A program made the position numbers and the translations under genes. A stretch of 63,961 nucleotides of DNA, counting the filler, from Octopus bimaculoides (Eukaryota), in NCBI RefSeq assembly GCF_001194135.2. It is 4 parts of 4 records of this genome, joined end to end, with 100 filler letters (N's around TTAATTAATTAA, not from the genome) between each part and the next. Parts side by side here need not be neighbours in the genome. Positions count along the whole stretch, not along the records: positions 1 to 17,599 come from NC_068990.1; 3 more parts are not named here. One strand, given 5' to 3'. Within the stretch, counting starts at the first letter, position 1; every line of letters begins with the position of its first letter. Shown here in pieces: positions 1 through 10,730 of this stretch. Under the pieces are notes generated by a model that made no database searches, had not been told where the DNA came from, and worked only from the letters and a program-made list of their open reading frames with translations.

Positions 1-62
<62 letters not shown>
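1..62. repeat. (TG)n microsatellite
   Basis: Perfect TG run. Confidence 0.98.
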
Positions 63-65
<3 letters not shown>

Positions 66-106
66 GCTTTACTCTTCCGAGTTAAAGTTAGAAAAGTTAT
101 ACATAC

Positions 107-190
107 TGCAGGTGATATCTCCGAGATATATACACATTCTGCTACAGAAGAAACTGATATGGCAAATCCTAGAACCAAACGGCCAATGAC
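107..190 (-). CDS. SLC2A10/12-like: Class III GLUT sugar transporter, exon 5 (VIGRLVLGFAISVSSVAECVYISEISPA); gene continues beyond left edge
   Basis: ccttccttcag|...|gtatgt, 84 nt, phase 0-0. TM4 with the GR..G...YISE.SP sugar-porter signature. Confidence 0.95.
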
Positions 191-325
191 CTGAAGGAAG
201 GAAGAAACACACATGAATATAATAAATTCTTTAATTAAAAGAAAAGTCTAAAAATATGATCTAACATGACTATGTTTTGGAAGTAGCAGGGATGTCAAAG
301 TCAAAAAAGGAAGTACCTATAATCT

Positions 326-356
<31 letters not shown>

Positions 357-1097
357 GGGTGTAAGCTTGTATTTCCTCGTGACTTTACAAATGTTTGCCT
401 TATTGTCAATAGAGACAGTGTCATTTCCGTACAGTTACTAGTAAAAACATGTCAAGGCTCTTTGATGTTCAATAGGCAAAAAGAGTATTACATTGCTTGG
501 AAACAGATGAGGGTTAGTAACAAGGTCACCTGGCCAGAGAAAGCATACCTCAATAAATGCCATGTAATCCATGCAAGCATGGAAAAAGTAGACTTTAAAA
601 CAATGATGCTGAGTCTAAATTTGTGGTTATTTTCATACATGCAATAAAGGCAGCTACTGCACCTTGAGTATTAAGACATGTCCTAAAGACATGTGTGTGC
701 ATCACATGGTGTATTCAGTTTTGATGAATTGTAGAAGATGGAGTGGTACTCATTGAGAAAATGTTAGTAAAAGAAAGAATGTGGTTGTTAAAGATGTTTG
801 AAAGGTACCAACACAGGGGCTCAGGGGGCAATATCATCATGTTTGGTGCAGTTTTTATTGATTAACAATCTCGTCTATGTCAGCATTTTGTTTTACATTG
901 ATTATTGGAAGAATTGATTTCACACCAGCTGAGCACCTGTCTCTTCATATTGATAACTATTCTACTCTGAAGAACAGAGTTTCCATTAGGGTAACCTGAC
1001 CCAGATGTATTATACCTTGGGTCATATTACAATGATTGACACAAGAGACAAAGTGTTGTGAGTGAATTCAGTAAACAACAACTGTGAGGAAGTCTGT

Positions 1098-1470
1098 TGC
1101 ATGTACGTGCATATGCGTACATGTGTGTTTGTGCGTGTGTTTGTGTGTCTGTTTGTGTGTGTATGTTTGTGTGTATGTGTTTGTGTGTGTATGTGTTTCT
1201 GTGTTTGTGCATGCATGTGTTTGTGCGTGCATGCATTTGTGTGTGCATACATTTGTGTGTGCATGTATTTGTGTGTGCATGCATTTGTGTGTGTGTGTGT
1301 GTGTGTGTGTCCCCGTTTGCTCCATTCCACTACTTAACGACTGTGTTGGTTTGTTTACATCCCTGTAACTTATTAATAAATACTGAGGTCAATTTGTTTG
1401 ACTATAATCCTTCAAAGGGTTGCTTCAGTATGGCCACTGTCCAATGACAAAAACAATTAAAAGATAAAAT
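1098..1470 (+). mobile_element. Degenerate GT-rich tract plus 3' half of SINE family A
   Basis: GT/GCAT repeats followed by a diverged match to the tail of the SINE at 3347-3696 (gtgtttacatccc...gtatggccactgtccaatgac). Confidence 0.7.
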
Positions 1471-1516
1471 ATAGATGACAAAGGAGAAGTTAACTGAAAC
1501 AATGAAAAGCTCTTAC

Positions 1517-1623
1517 CAAAATAGTAAATGATTGAGCAAGGGCAATAGTTAGGGAGCCCAAGATGAAAAGGAAACCATTTAGAACAATGGTAATCCATCT
1601 TCCTAACAAGTCGACAAGGAAAC
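1517..1623 (-). CDS. SLC2A10/12-like: Class III GLUT sugar transporter, exon 4 (FLVDLLGRWITIVLNGFLFILGSLTIALAQSFTIL)
   Basis: ctttttcag|...|gtaaga, 107 nt, phase 1-0. Contains the loop-2 D-x-x-G-R motif and TM3. Confidence 0.93.
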
Positions 1624-2404
1624 CTGAAAAAGAAATGAAATTTTAGACAATATTATCAACTAGGGGTGGATAGGAGATGGAAATCAAAACAAATTGATTG
1701 ATAGTTTAACCCCTTTGGAAACAGAGCCTCGTTTGGAGTTTCAGTGGTAAGAAGATGGAGCCCTTTTCAGAAGCCCTACAGAGGGCATGCACTTATCATT
1801 CAAAAAGAAATTATAAAAAATAGAGCAATTACATGTGTAAAACTATATATGTTCTTATAAGAAACTGAATGAACTAATACAATCGTCTTTGTCATTCGAC
1901 ATTTCAGCTGATAGATCAGCCATGTTGTTTCCTAAGGATTAATGTGAGCACAACAGAAAAACATATAGAAACTCAGTGTTTTTCAGTCTTTTGTTTCAAA
2001 CAACTGAAGTTATGGTCATGCACGAGCAGTGATATAAATGCTTGGAAAAATTAAGAGACGATTAGGTTAGAGAAAATACCTTGTAGTTCTTGGCTATGTC
2101 CCTAGCTGTTTTGTTGACTCTTCCTCAATACCAAGGTACCAAGAGACAACAAAAAAATTTACGTTCACTTTTGTATTACCTTCACATTAACACTTGTAGA
2201 AGGAGTAAGGGGCCCAGCAACAGAATATACAGTTGCCAGAGAAATACAGCCAGAGTGAATAATCAAAGATCTCTTAGATTGCAAGGTGTGACAACTAAGC
2301 TGAAAACAATGACCCAATATTCCATCTTTTTTGCATTTTCACATAACAGCAGTTGTAGCAGGGAAGCACAAAGTGGGTTTCTTGAATTGTCACAAAAAGA
2401 GCCT

Positions 2405-2405
<1 letters not shown>

Positions 2406-2448
<43 letters not shown>
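2406..2448. repeat. (TC)n microsatellite
   Basis: Perfect CT run. Confidence 0.97.
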
Positions 2449-2451
<3 letters not shown>

Positions 2452-3346
2452 ACATACACACAATTTGTCAAAGATATAGGAAGAAATTCCATAGCTTCTT
2501 AAAGCAAACCTGAGAATCGAGAGGTTTCAAAGGAAATCTAGCAAAAACAAAAGGTTTTGGCAAGTCAGAAAGAAGACAGAACTCAACTAAAATCTGAAAA
2601 GATCCATGCTTAATATGCATAAAATTTACATAAAAATACCATAATGTCTCTAATCCTTCCCTGTAATTGCACTCATGATCCAATTTCAGGTCTTTATAGT
2701 ACAATATGCTGCCAGATAACTATCATAACACACCAAAATTGTTGAAAATATTCAATCAACAATCGATCTAGTTATCCCAGTTTTGCTTACGTTCATTTGT
2801 TTCTCAGTATCGCTTTCTGTAAAGAATCAAAATATTTTTTCCTATTGTATTTCTTTGTGTCATAAAACAATCATCAAAAGACAGTAGAATTCATGTCAAA
2901 AGATTTTACACAAAAAAAAACACCACAAAACATTTCTGCCACCATTCTCACCTTTCTCTGCACTTATTTGAGTTTAGGTCTAGTACAAAACTACTTGTAC
3001 AGTGACTGGAAGCCATAACTAGAGAGAAATTTAACAAAAATAGGCTAGAAATTTACCCAAATTTCAGTTGCAAGAAACCACTAATATCTAAATACCCAAA
3101 CTTTTGCAAATAACATGGAATGTTGCCTGTAGCCACCCAATTCATTAGTCAATCAGGCTGCAGAAAATTCAAGAATCTTAGTTATCATGTTTGAATTTAG
3201 CAATGGACCATTAGTTGTCAGAAAACTGATGCACCAGTAATTAACTGTGCACCGGTAATTAATAATCTACTACACAGTTTGATTTTTTTTGATTTTTAGT
3301 ATAATCTGAAACGTTATGCAAAATATATCTTTCTTGATAAACATAA

Positions 3347-3696
3347 GAGTGGCTGTGTGGTAAGAAGTAGCATGCTTACCAACCACATGGTTCCAGGTTC
3401 AGTCCCACTGCGTGGCACCTTGGGCAAGTGTCTTCTACTATAGCTCTAGGCCGACCAAAGTCTTGTGAGTGGATTTGGTAGACGGAAACTGAAAGAAGCC
3501 CGTCGTATATACATATGTGTGTGTGTGTGTGTGTGTCCAACATCAATTGACAACAGATGCTGGTGTATTTACCTCCCCGTAACTTAGCAGTTCGGCAAAA
3601 GATACCTATAGAATAAGTACTAGGCTTGGTACTGGGAGTCAGTTTGCTCCAGCATGGCCCCAGTCAAATGACTGAAACAAGTAAAAGAATAAAAAT
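3347..3696 (+). mobile_element. tRNA-derived SINE, family A (full length)
   Basis: A-box/B-box-like head (gtggctgtgtggtaag...ggttcagtccc), CORE-like ccttgggcaag, internal (TG)n, gtaaaaga tail. Many copies in this window. Confidence 0.9.
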
Positions 3697-4189
3697 ACAA
3701 TTTTAGCCTTGCTGTGAAAAGTAAACAAAGTGATTATACTACCAGCTTTTATGTCTTGGTGGGAGCAAAAAGTGGGATTGGTTTTAAATATTTTGAGAAA
3801 GAATGCCTACCATCTGGCCACACAACATAAGTAACCACAGGCATTTAAAATATATCTAGTCATTATACACCAGCAAATTTGACTTAGTAGTTTGTATATG
3901 TAAGCCAGTTGTTTTGTATGCCTACACAGTTGCAAGTAGGCATAGAAGCTTTGCCAATCCTTCCAACCTTGACCCAAGGATGTGACAGTGGGAGGAAAGA
4001 GAGAGAGAGAGAACTGCAACAGCAGTTGGCAAGTACCCATTTTTAAAATGGGTAGACATAAGCAACAGGAAATGAATTACCTTGCTCAAGGACAAAAGGC
4101 ACCAACCAACCAACCCAGAATCAAACTCACAACTTTATGACCATAAGCCCAACAATTAAAATTACTGGTCTAATTTTTACAGCAGTATA

Positions 4190-4885
4190 TTTTCTTTTAT
4201 TCTTTTACTTGTTTCAGTCATTTGACTGTGGCCATGCTGGAGCACCGCCTTTAGTCAAATCGAATCGACCCCAGGACTTGTTCTTTGTAAGCCTAGTACT
4301 TATTCTTTTTTTTTTTTTATTGCCCACAAGGGGCTACACACAGAGGGGACAAACAAGGACAGACAAACGGATTAAGTCGATTACATCGACCCCAGTGCGT
4401 AACTGGTACTTAATTTATCGACCACGAAAGGATGAAAGGCTAAGTCGACCCTGGCGGAATTTGAACTCAGAANNNNNNNNNNNNNNNNNNNNNNNNNNNN
4501 NNNNNNNNNNNNNNNNNNNNNNNNNNNNNNNNNNNNNNNNNNNNNNNNNNNNNNNNNNNNNNNNNNNNNNNNNNNNNNNNNNNNNNNNNNNNNNNNNNNN
4601 NNNNNNNNNNNNNNNNNNNNNNNNNNNNNNNNNNNGGACCTAAACACACCAGCATCGGTTGCCAAGCGATGTTGGGAGGACAAACACAGTTACACAACAT
4701 ATACACACACAAACATATATACGACGGGCTTCTTTCAGTTTCCTTCTACCAAATCCACTCACAAGGCTTTGGTCAGCCCGAGGCTATAGTAGAAGACACT
4801 TGCCCAAGGTGTCACGCAGTGGGACTGAACCCAGAACCATGTGGTTCGTAAGCAAGCTACTTACCACACAGCCACTCCTACGCCT
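4190..4885 (-). mobile_element. SINE family A interrupted by a SINE family B copy (about 4316-4472) and a gap
   Basis: Family A tail at 4190-4315 and head at 4636-4885 in reverse orientation, with a family B body (gaactcagaa...gtcgac) in between. Confidence 0.85.
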
Positions 4886-5043
4886 ATATATATGTGTGTG
4901 TGTGTGTGTGTGTCTGTGTGTGTGTGTGTGTGTGTGTGTCCTTGTATTTTTGTATCATCTGTCTGGATGTTTTGTTGTCCCTTTGTTGTATCATCTAACT
5001 GTCTGGATGTTTTGGGTTCTTGTCCTATTTTTAGTATTTCTTT

Positions 5044-5075
<32 letters not shown>

Positions 5076-5177
5076 TGTATGCATGCATGCATGCATGTAT
5101 GTATTTATAGCCAGCAAGATATTGACAATATTTTAAATCATATATCTTCAAATTTTGATACAAACGAGTCATATTAC

Positions 5178-5294
5178 CTGATACTAAGGCACCAATAATT
5201 GCACCTAGCAACAGGAAACTAACCACAATAGATTGCTGGTCACATGACAGCTGGAAATCTCTTCTTAACTGTAGCAATGCCCCAGATATTACTC
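5178..5294 (-). CDS. SLC2A10/12-like: Class III GLUT sugar transporter, exon 3 (VISGALLQLRRDFQLSCDQQSIVVSFLLLGAIIGALVSG)
   Basis: ttttcag|...|gtaata, 117 nt, phase 1-1. Closely resembles the GLUT10/12 ISGALLQL..LSC.EQE..VS.LL.GA segment with a short first loop. Confidence 0.95.
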
Positions 5295-5409
5295 CTGAAA
5301 AATGAAAACAGTTTGATAGAAAATATGAAATACATATGAATGTTGAAAGCTTAGTGTTTGCACATATTTATGTGCAAATACGTAAAATTCATTTTTATGG
5401 AGGCTTTAA

Positions 5410-5621
5410 CCTTTTAGCAGTCAGATCACTCTGTCAAGTGTAAAGCTTATTTATTCACATTTATTTGAATTAATCCTGCATCATCTTGAGATATTGATGA
5501 TGTGGTTGTCTATTTTAAGAATGACATTGCAAGGTAGGTGTGAGAGGCCAGAACTGGCCAGTAGGAACAAAAAACAGGGAGAATATTTTGGCTAGATACA
5601 GCCAGTTTAAACACTAAAGGG
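5410..5621 (-). mobile_element. piggyBac-derived MITE, copy 1
   Basis: TTAA on both flanks, CC(C)TTTAG...CTAAAGGG termini, homologous to both ends of the piggyBac at 46239-49226. Confidence 0.85.
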
Positions 5622-5764
5622 TTAAGTTTTGCCTGATGGCTTACTCAACTACTGATAAGCCTGGTTGAATAAGCTATCAGGAGAAATTTAAAGCCCAGGT
5701 CAAAATGAGTGTTGTAATAGATATAATTCCCTTCTGCTTCCATGAATTTTGTTGCTATTCTTAA

Positions 5765-5985
5765 CCCTTTAGTGTTCAGATTACTCTGTTAAATGTAATA
5801 CTTTTTCACTCAAATTGTTTTGAATTAATCATGCATTATCTTATAGGTTTGAGGTTTCAATGATGTGATTGTGTATTTTTAGAATGTCAATGTAGGTTAA
5901 GTGTGAGAGGCTAGATATCGCCAGTTTGAATATAAAACATGTAGAATATACTGGGGCGGATATGGCCGGTTTAAACACTAAAGAG
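5765..5985 (-). mobile_element. piggyBac-derived MITE, copy 2
   Basis: TTAA|ccctttagtgttcagat ... aaacactaaagag|TTAA; same family as copy 1. Confidence 0.88.
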
Positions 5986-6326
5986 TTAAACTAGTTTAAA
6001 ATATAAACTTTAAATTTCATATACACACACACATATTGAGAGGTAATATTTATCCCCACATAAATGCGGATGTTCTGTTAGAACAAACAATACTGTGGTA
6101 GATCCCATGGGAGACACTCTCATGTTGGCTTTTGGTGCAAAGTGCACTTTTGTTTATATTGCTAGCACGGAGATAAACAAGAGTACATTTTGTGCCAGAA
6201 GTTAATATGAGATTTTCTCTCGTGGTAACAACTGCAGTATACAACAACTTTGTACCAATCCTTCAGGAAGTTAGATATAATTATTCAGTTACAAAGATGG
6301 TAAATGGAGATGCTTCAAATACTTAC

Positions 6327-6491
6327 CTATGTCATAACCAAATAATATACCTCCCAAAGCTGCTGTACTAGCAGTGAAAAATAAAAATAGTTTCCTCCAG
6401 AATGGTGAAGATGTCTTAGCACTGGTCTTTGATATCACAGAATCATCTGTCATTTCATATTCTTCATTTGTTCTTGGTGCAGAAATTCCAT
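6327..6491 (-). CDS. SLC2A10/12-like: Class III GLUT sugar transporter, exon 2 (N-tail and TM1, ...FWRKLFLFFTASTAALGGILFGYDIG)
   Basis: tag|...|gtaagt boundaries, 165 nt, phase 1-1, encodes the sugar-porter TM1 motif GGxLFGYDxG. Confidence 0.93.
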
Positions 6492-6563
6492 CTATTTAAT
6501 TAAGAAACAAGAGAAAATAGTTGCAAAAATGAATATACCACTTAACGAATTGTATTGATTAAA

Positions 6564-6783
6564 CCCTTTCGTTACTGTATTTATTTTAAGATGCTCCGTG
6601 TTTCTCTCGATTATTTAAAATATAACAAAGAATTTAGTAAAATAACTTATTCAGCTAGTGTTAGGAACATGAATTGTGACTAAGGTTTGGTGGAAGATTT
6701 TAATTCAAAACTTATGAAAACAAGACATTTGTACTACAGAGCCAGAGCTGGTTTCAGCCAGGTGGGTAACGAAGAAAAAAGGG
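6564..6783. mobile_element. Second TTAA-target MITE family (piggyBac-type)
   Basis: ttaa(a)ccctttcgttac ... gtaacga(agaa)aaaggg|ttaa. Confidence 0.7.
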
Positions 6784-6794
6784 TTAAGTGGGCA

Positions 6795-6915
6795 GGTAGG
6801 CAAGCTGGCAGAATCATTTGTATTTCTTCTGACATTTTACATTCTGAATTCAAATATACATGAGGTCAAATATGCCTTTCATTCTTTTCAGGTCAGTAAA
6901 ATAAAACATCAGTCT
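6795..6915 (+). mobile_element. Degenerate SINE family B
   Basis: gcaagctggcagaatc head and attctgaattcaaat...gcctttcattc body. Confidence 0.65.
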
Positions 6916-8328
6916 GAATAAAAGATTTTTTGACTATTACAGTCACTGGACTGCAGTTATGTTGGGCNNNNNNNNNNNNNNNNNNNNNNNNNNNNNNNNN
7001 NNNNNNNNNNNNNNNNNNNNNNNNNNNNNNNNNNNNNNNNNNNNNNNNNNNNNNNNNNNNNNNNNNNNNNNNNNNNNNNNNNNNNNNNNNNNNNNNNNNN
7101 NNNNNNNNNNNNNNNNNNNNNNNNNNNNNNNNNNNNNNNNNNNNNNNNNNNNNNNNNNNNNNNNNNNNNNNNNNNNNNNNNNNNNNNNNNNNNNNNNNNN
7201 NNNNNNNNNNNNNNNNNNNNNNNNNNNNNNNNNNNNNNNNNNNNNNNNNNNNNNNNNNNNNNNNNNNNNNNNNNNNNNNNNNNNNNNNNNNNNNNNNNNN
7301 NNNNNNNNNNNNNNNNNNNNNNNNNNNNNNNNNNNNNNNNNNNNNNNNNNNNNNNNNNNNNNNNNNNNNNNNNNNNNNNNNNNNNNNNNNNNNNNNNNNN
7401 NNNNNNNNNNNNNNNNNNNNNNNNNNNNNNNNNNNNNNNNNNNNNNNNNNNNNNNNNNNNNNNNNNNNNNNNNNNNNNNNNNNNNNNNNNNNNNNNNNNN
7501 NNNNNNNNNNNNNNNNNNNNNNNNNNNNNNNNNNNNNNNNNNNNNNNNNNNNNNNNNNNNNNNNNNNNNNNNNNNNNNNNNNNNNNNNNNNNNNNNNNNN
7601 NNNNNNNNNNNNNNNNNNNNNNNNNNNNNNNNNNNNNNNNNNNNNNNNNNNNNNNNNNNNNNNNNNNNNNNNNNNNNNNNNNNNNNNNNNNNNNNNNNNN
7701 NNNNNNNNNNNNNNNNNNAGAAATGGGGTGAGGGTGGGGAATTAAAATTTCGAAATGCTTTTTTTTATATTTTTTTGCAGATTCGGAATTTCCGCTATCG
7801 ATATAGAGTGTTCCCGCAAAAATAAAAAAATAAAATTTTTTAAATCCCGAAGGGGCCGCGGTCTGTAATCTTTATCTCCTCCCTATAAAGATCCGTTGGG
7901 AGAATTAGAAGAAAGTTCTCTGCAAAAATCTTATAAAATGACAATGTTCTAAAAGATGTACATATTTATATGTTATATATGAAAATAGAGCAAATTTAAT
8001 TTTATCAGAATATTATTATCATTAAACCAATATACATATTTCAACGTGGTTGTCGTCTAACGCATGGCATTACCAATAAATCAGAAAATATGAAAAATAC
8101 GTTGTGCGATTCAAATAAACACGAAAAGCGACAATGAACGAAAATTGAAACCGAAAGAAAATACTAAAAGTACTTTTTTTTTATATGGAGATAATCCATT
8201 AGATCGATTTCCATCCAGCTGTTGCTCAATGATGTATCGTACTTAATGAAAACGTAAATCTGGAAACAGATGCATGCGAAACATCGAAATATATGTACCT
8301 ATAAAGGTTTATGAATGATAACATTTAC

Positions 8329-8434
8329 CTTGTGACATAGGAACATCCTGTGATTGAACAAATGAATTATCAACAGGTACATCATCATTTCCATCCACCT
8401 TTGCCAATCTAGTTTGGTCCCCATTTTCCTGCAT
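8329..8434 (-). CDS. SLC2A10/12-like: Class III GLUT sugar transporter, coding exon 1 (MQENGDQTRLAKVDGNDDVPVDNSFVQSQDVPMSQ)
   Basis: ATG at 8434 with an in-frame TAA just upstream. Donor AAG|gtaaat in phase 1 joins exon 2 in frame (G+AT = Asp). No homology support for this exon by itself. Confidence 0.7.
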
Positions 8435-9400
8435 TTCTTCGCCTCCTTATCCGTTACTCCCAAGTGATATGTCTTCGTGTTTTATCTGTTCCTATGTACA
8501 TACGTTTATCCTAATGCATCTTGTTTAACTTTACACGTTTCTATTTCTTTGGTTCTTTTGTTCGAAGATATTACCTGACATTTCAACAGTTGCAACTTAT
8601 GTAGAGATTTTTGTCTCAACCTGGTGACTTAACCCTCAAATTCTTACATCCACATATTGACGCTTAACTCATTTTCACCTGTCCTTTCATGAGAATTGAG
8701 GTATATCTCGCTTCAATATTCTTTGTCGCTAGCATGTAGAGGCTTGTAAATTTGCAAAAACCGGTTGTGGCAGGCTAAATAAGCGCCTCGTTCTTTTTTA
8801 TGCTCCGAAATCAAATCCCGCCGGAGTTACCTTAATTTTTTATTGCGGTCACCACACATACTTTGCATCATATGTATACTTTCATCGCATTTCGCTGTTT
8901 TTTTCTTCTCCATTTCTTTCTTCTTATCCTTTATGTAAATCTCTACACAAATTGTTGGTGAAGGATTGGTGTTTGCCGCTACTATTCACCCTCACTTATG
9001 ATCAAACCGTAGTCTGTTGTTTTCCATCCTAACAACGTTATTTATAGTTGGGAAAATTTAGTTGAGTGTCTGTCCTTCACTATAGACACGAGGGCTTCAT
9101 TAAGTCGCCACGGGTCGATTCCCAGTAAAAATAAAACATTCGGATGAATTCCCCCAAAGAAGTATTCAGTTAAGGTTCAACTACCGAGTCGTACAACACT
9201 GCTTACTCCTATAATACATATCGTAAAGAAACGTGTCACAGGTGTATGACTATTTAACGGACCAACAGGCAGAATACTTATTCATACTGTAAGCCAAGTG
9301 TATTGTAGATCTGGTACATAAACAAACATTTCAGACGTCCCAGCGTATATGGATACGGGAGGGTGTGTGCGTATAAGTACACTTGAGAATGACGTGTGAA
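8435..9400 (-). promoter_or_regulatory. Probable 5'UTR/promoter of the transporter gene
   Basis: Unique, CpG-retaining sequence directly upstream of the first ATG. No polypyrimidine acceptor precedes exon 1. TSS not determinable. Confidence 0.45.
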
Positions 9401-9584
9401 TATATACGGATGTGTGTGTGGGGGTTTTATATGACATGTAAATTAAACATACTTTTGTAGTCTGTAAATGTGGAGAAATTCGTCAGATAATATAACTGAA
9501 GGTAATTCAACAATCATCCTCTTACTATAAAGGTGATCATTATTACAGGTAGAAAAGTAGTAATAGTGGCAGTATAGGTACAAG

Positions 9585-9710
9585 GCCTGAAATTTTAGGG
9601 ACAAAATCTAGTCAGTTATATTGACCCCCCCACCGTGTTCAACTGCTTCTTATTTTATCAATCTCGAAAGGATGAAGGGCAAAGTTGACTCTGGTGGAAT
9701 TTGAACAAAT
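9585..9710 (-). mobile_element. Degenerate SINE family B
   Basis: Reverse copy: gaaaggatgaagggcaaagttgactctggtggaatttgaac. Confidence 0.65.
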
Positions 9711-9913
9711 CAATTGATCGAATTAAACGTTGATGTGGTGAAAAGAATCTTGGTGGATGAGGAGGAGAGTGGGTTGGTTTGAAATTTTAGCACAAGGCTA
9801 GCAACTTCAGGAATGGATAAGTCCATTAGATCGACCCCCCACTGCTCAGCTGTGCGCAGGGGATGCGAGCAAAATTAGTAATCGGGGTAAAATGAGTAAC
9901 CTCTAATTTCTCG

Positions 9914-10730
9914 TTATTTTCTCCATATCTGTTTGAAATCATTACACTTCAGGTACTGCCTCATTATTTTGCATTGTTGCACCATCATAAGGTGTAAAAA
10001 TTGGTCAGCATAGTTGTTGAAGTTGAGAGAGTCTAAAACATAGTCAGGTGACAGGTCACCTTTTTTTACAAGAAAATTCTCAACTTTGACGTGATTGTTA
10101 TTGAGGTTGATAACAAAATATCTAGATAATTTTTGGTGTTTAACAATCAATATTTCTTTCTCTATTGGATTCCTAATCAATTTTTCCCCACATTAATGTC
10201 TAATTTGATAATTTGATAATTTCAAAAAACGATGCCTAAAAAGGTGTAAAATAAATAATGACTAATTTCAATAATTTCTTCTCTTTAAATGCAAGGTGTG
10301 TAAATATATCACGAAGAGAGGACACTCCAGCAGATTGTGAAGAAGCTATAGCGAATATCTTATTGAGTTTCATTTTTATTCAGTCCAGTTTCGTTAATTT
10401 GATATCATGTGACATTTTTCCCTGATCTTCTTTCATTTGACCGACATATTTCAAATGCTTTTTTTTTTTTTTTTTTTTCCATTTCTGATCTTTTTGATGT
10501 CTAGGGATGGATATTGATGTGCATGAGTCTGATTTCTGGAGAATTGAAGCAACAAATTTATCTTATCTTGGCTTATTCATTTTACCCAGGACAAATTTGT
10601 TTTTAATATGCTCAAAAAGAAAGGCGATAATTTTCGGAAATTGTGATCAGATTATGTTAATAACGTTTTTAATGCATTTAGAGAAAGCCATTTGCTTAGT
10701 TGATATAGGTTTTCTTAAGTATTGAACATT
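9914..10730 (-). pseudogene. Decayed coding relic, possibly the N-terminal RT region of a Penelope-like retroelement
   Basis: Broken AT-rich reading frames. ILIVKHQKLSRYFVINLNNNHVKVENFL loosely resembles the PLE I.I.KADK...V......Y..K...L motif. Weak. Confidence 0.3.
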
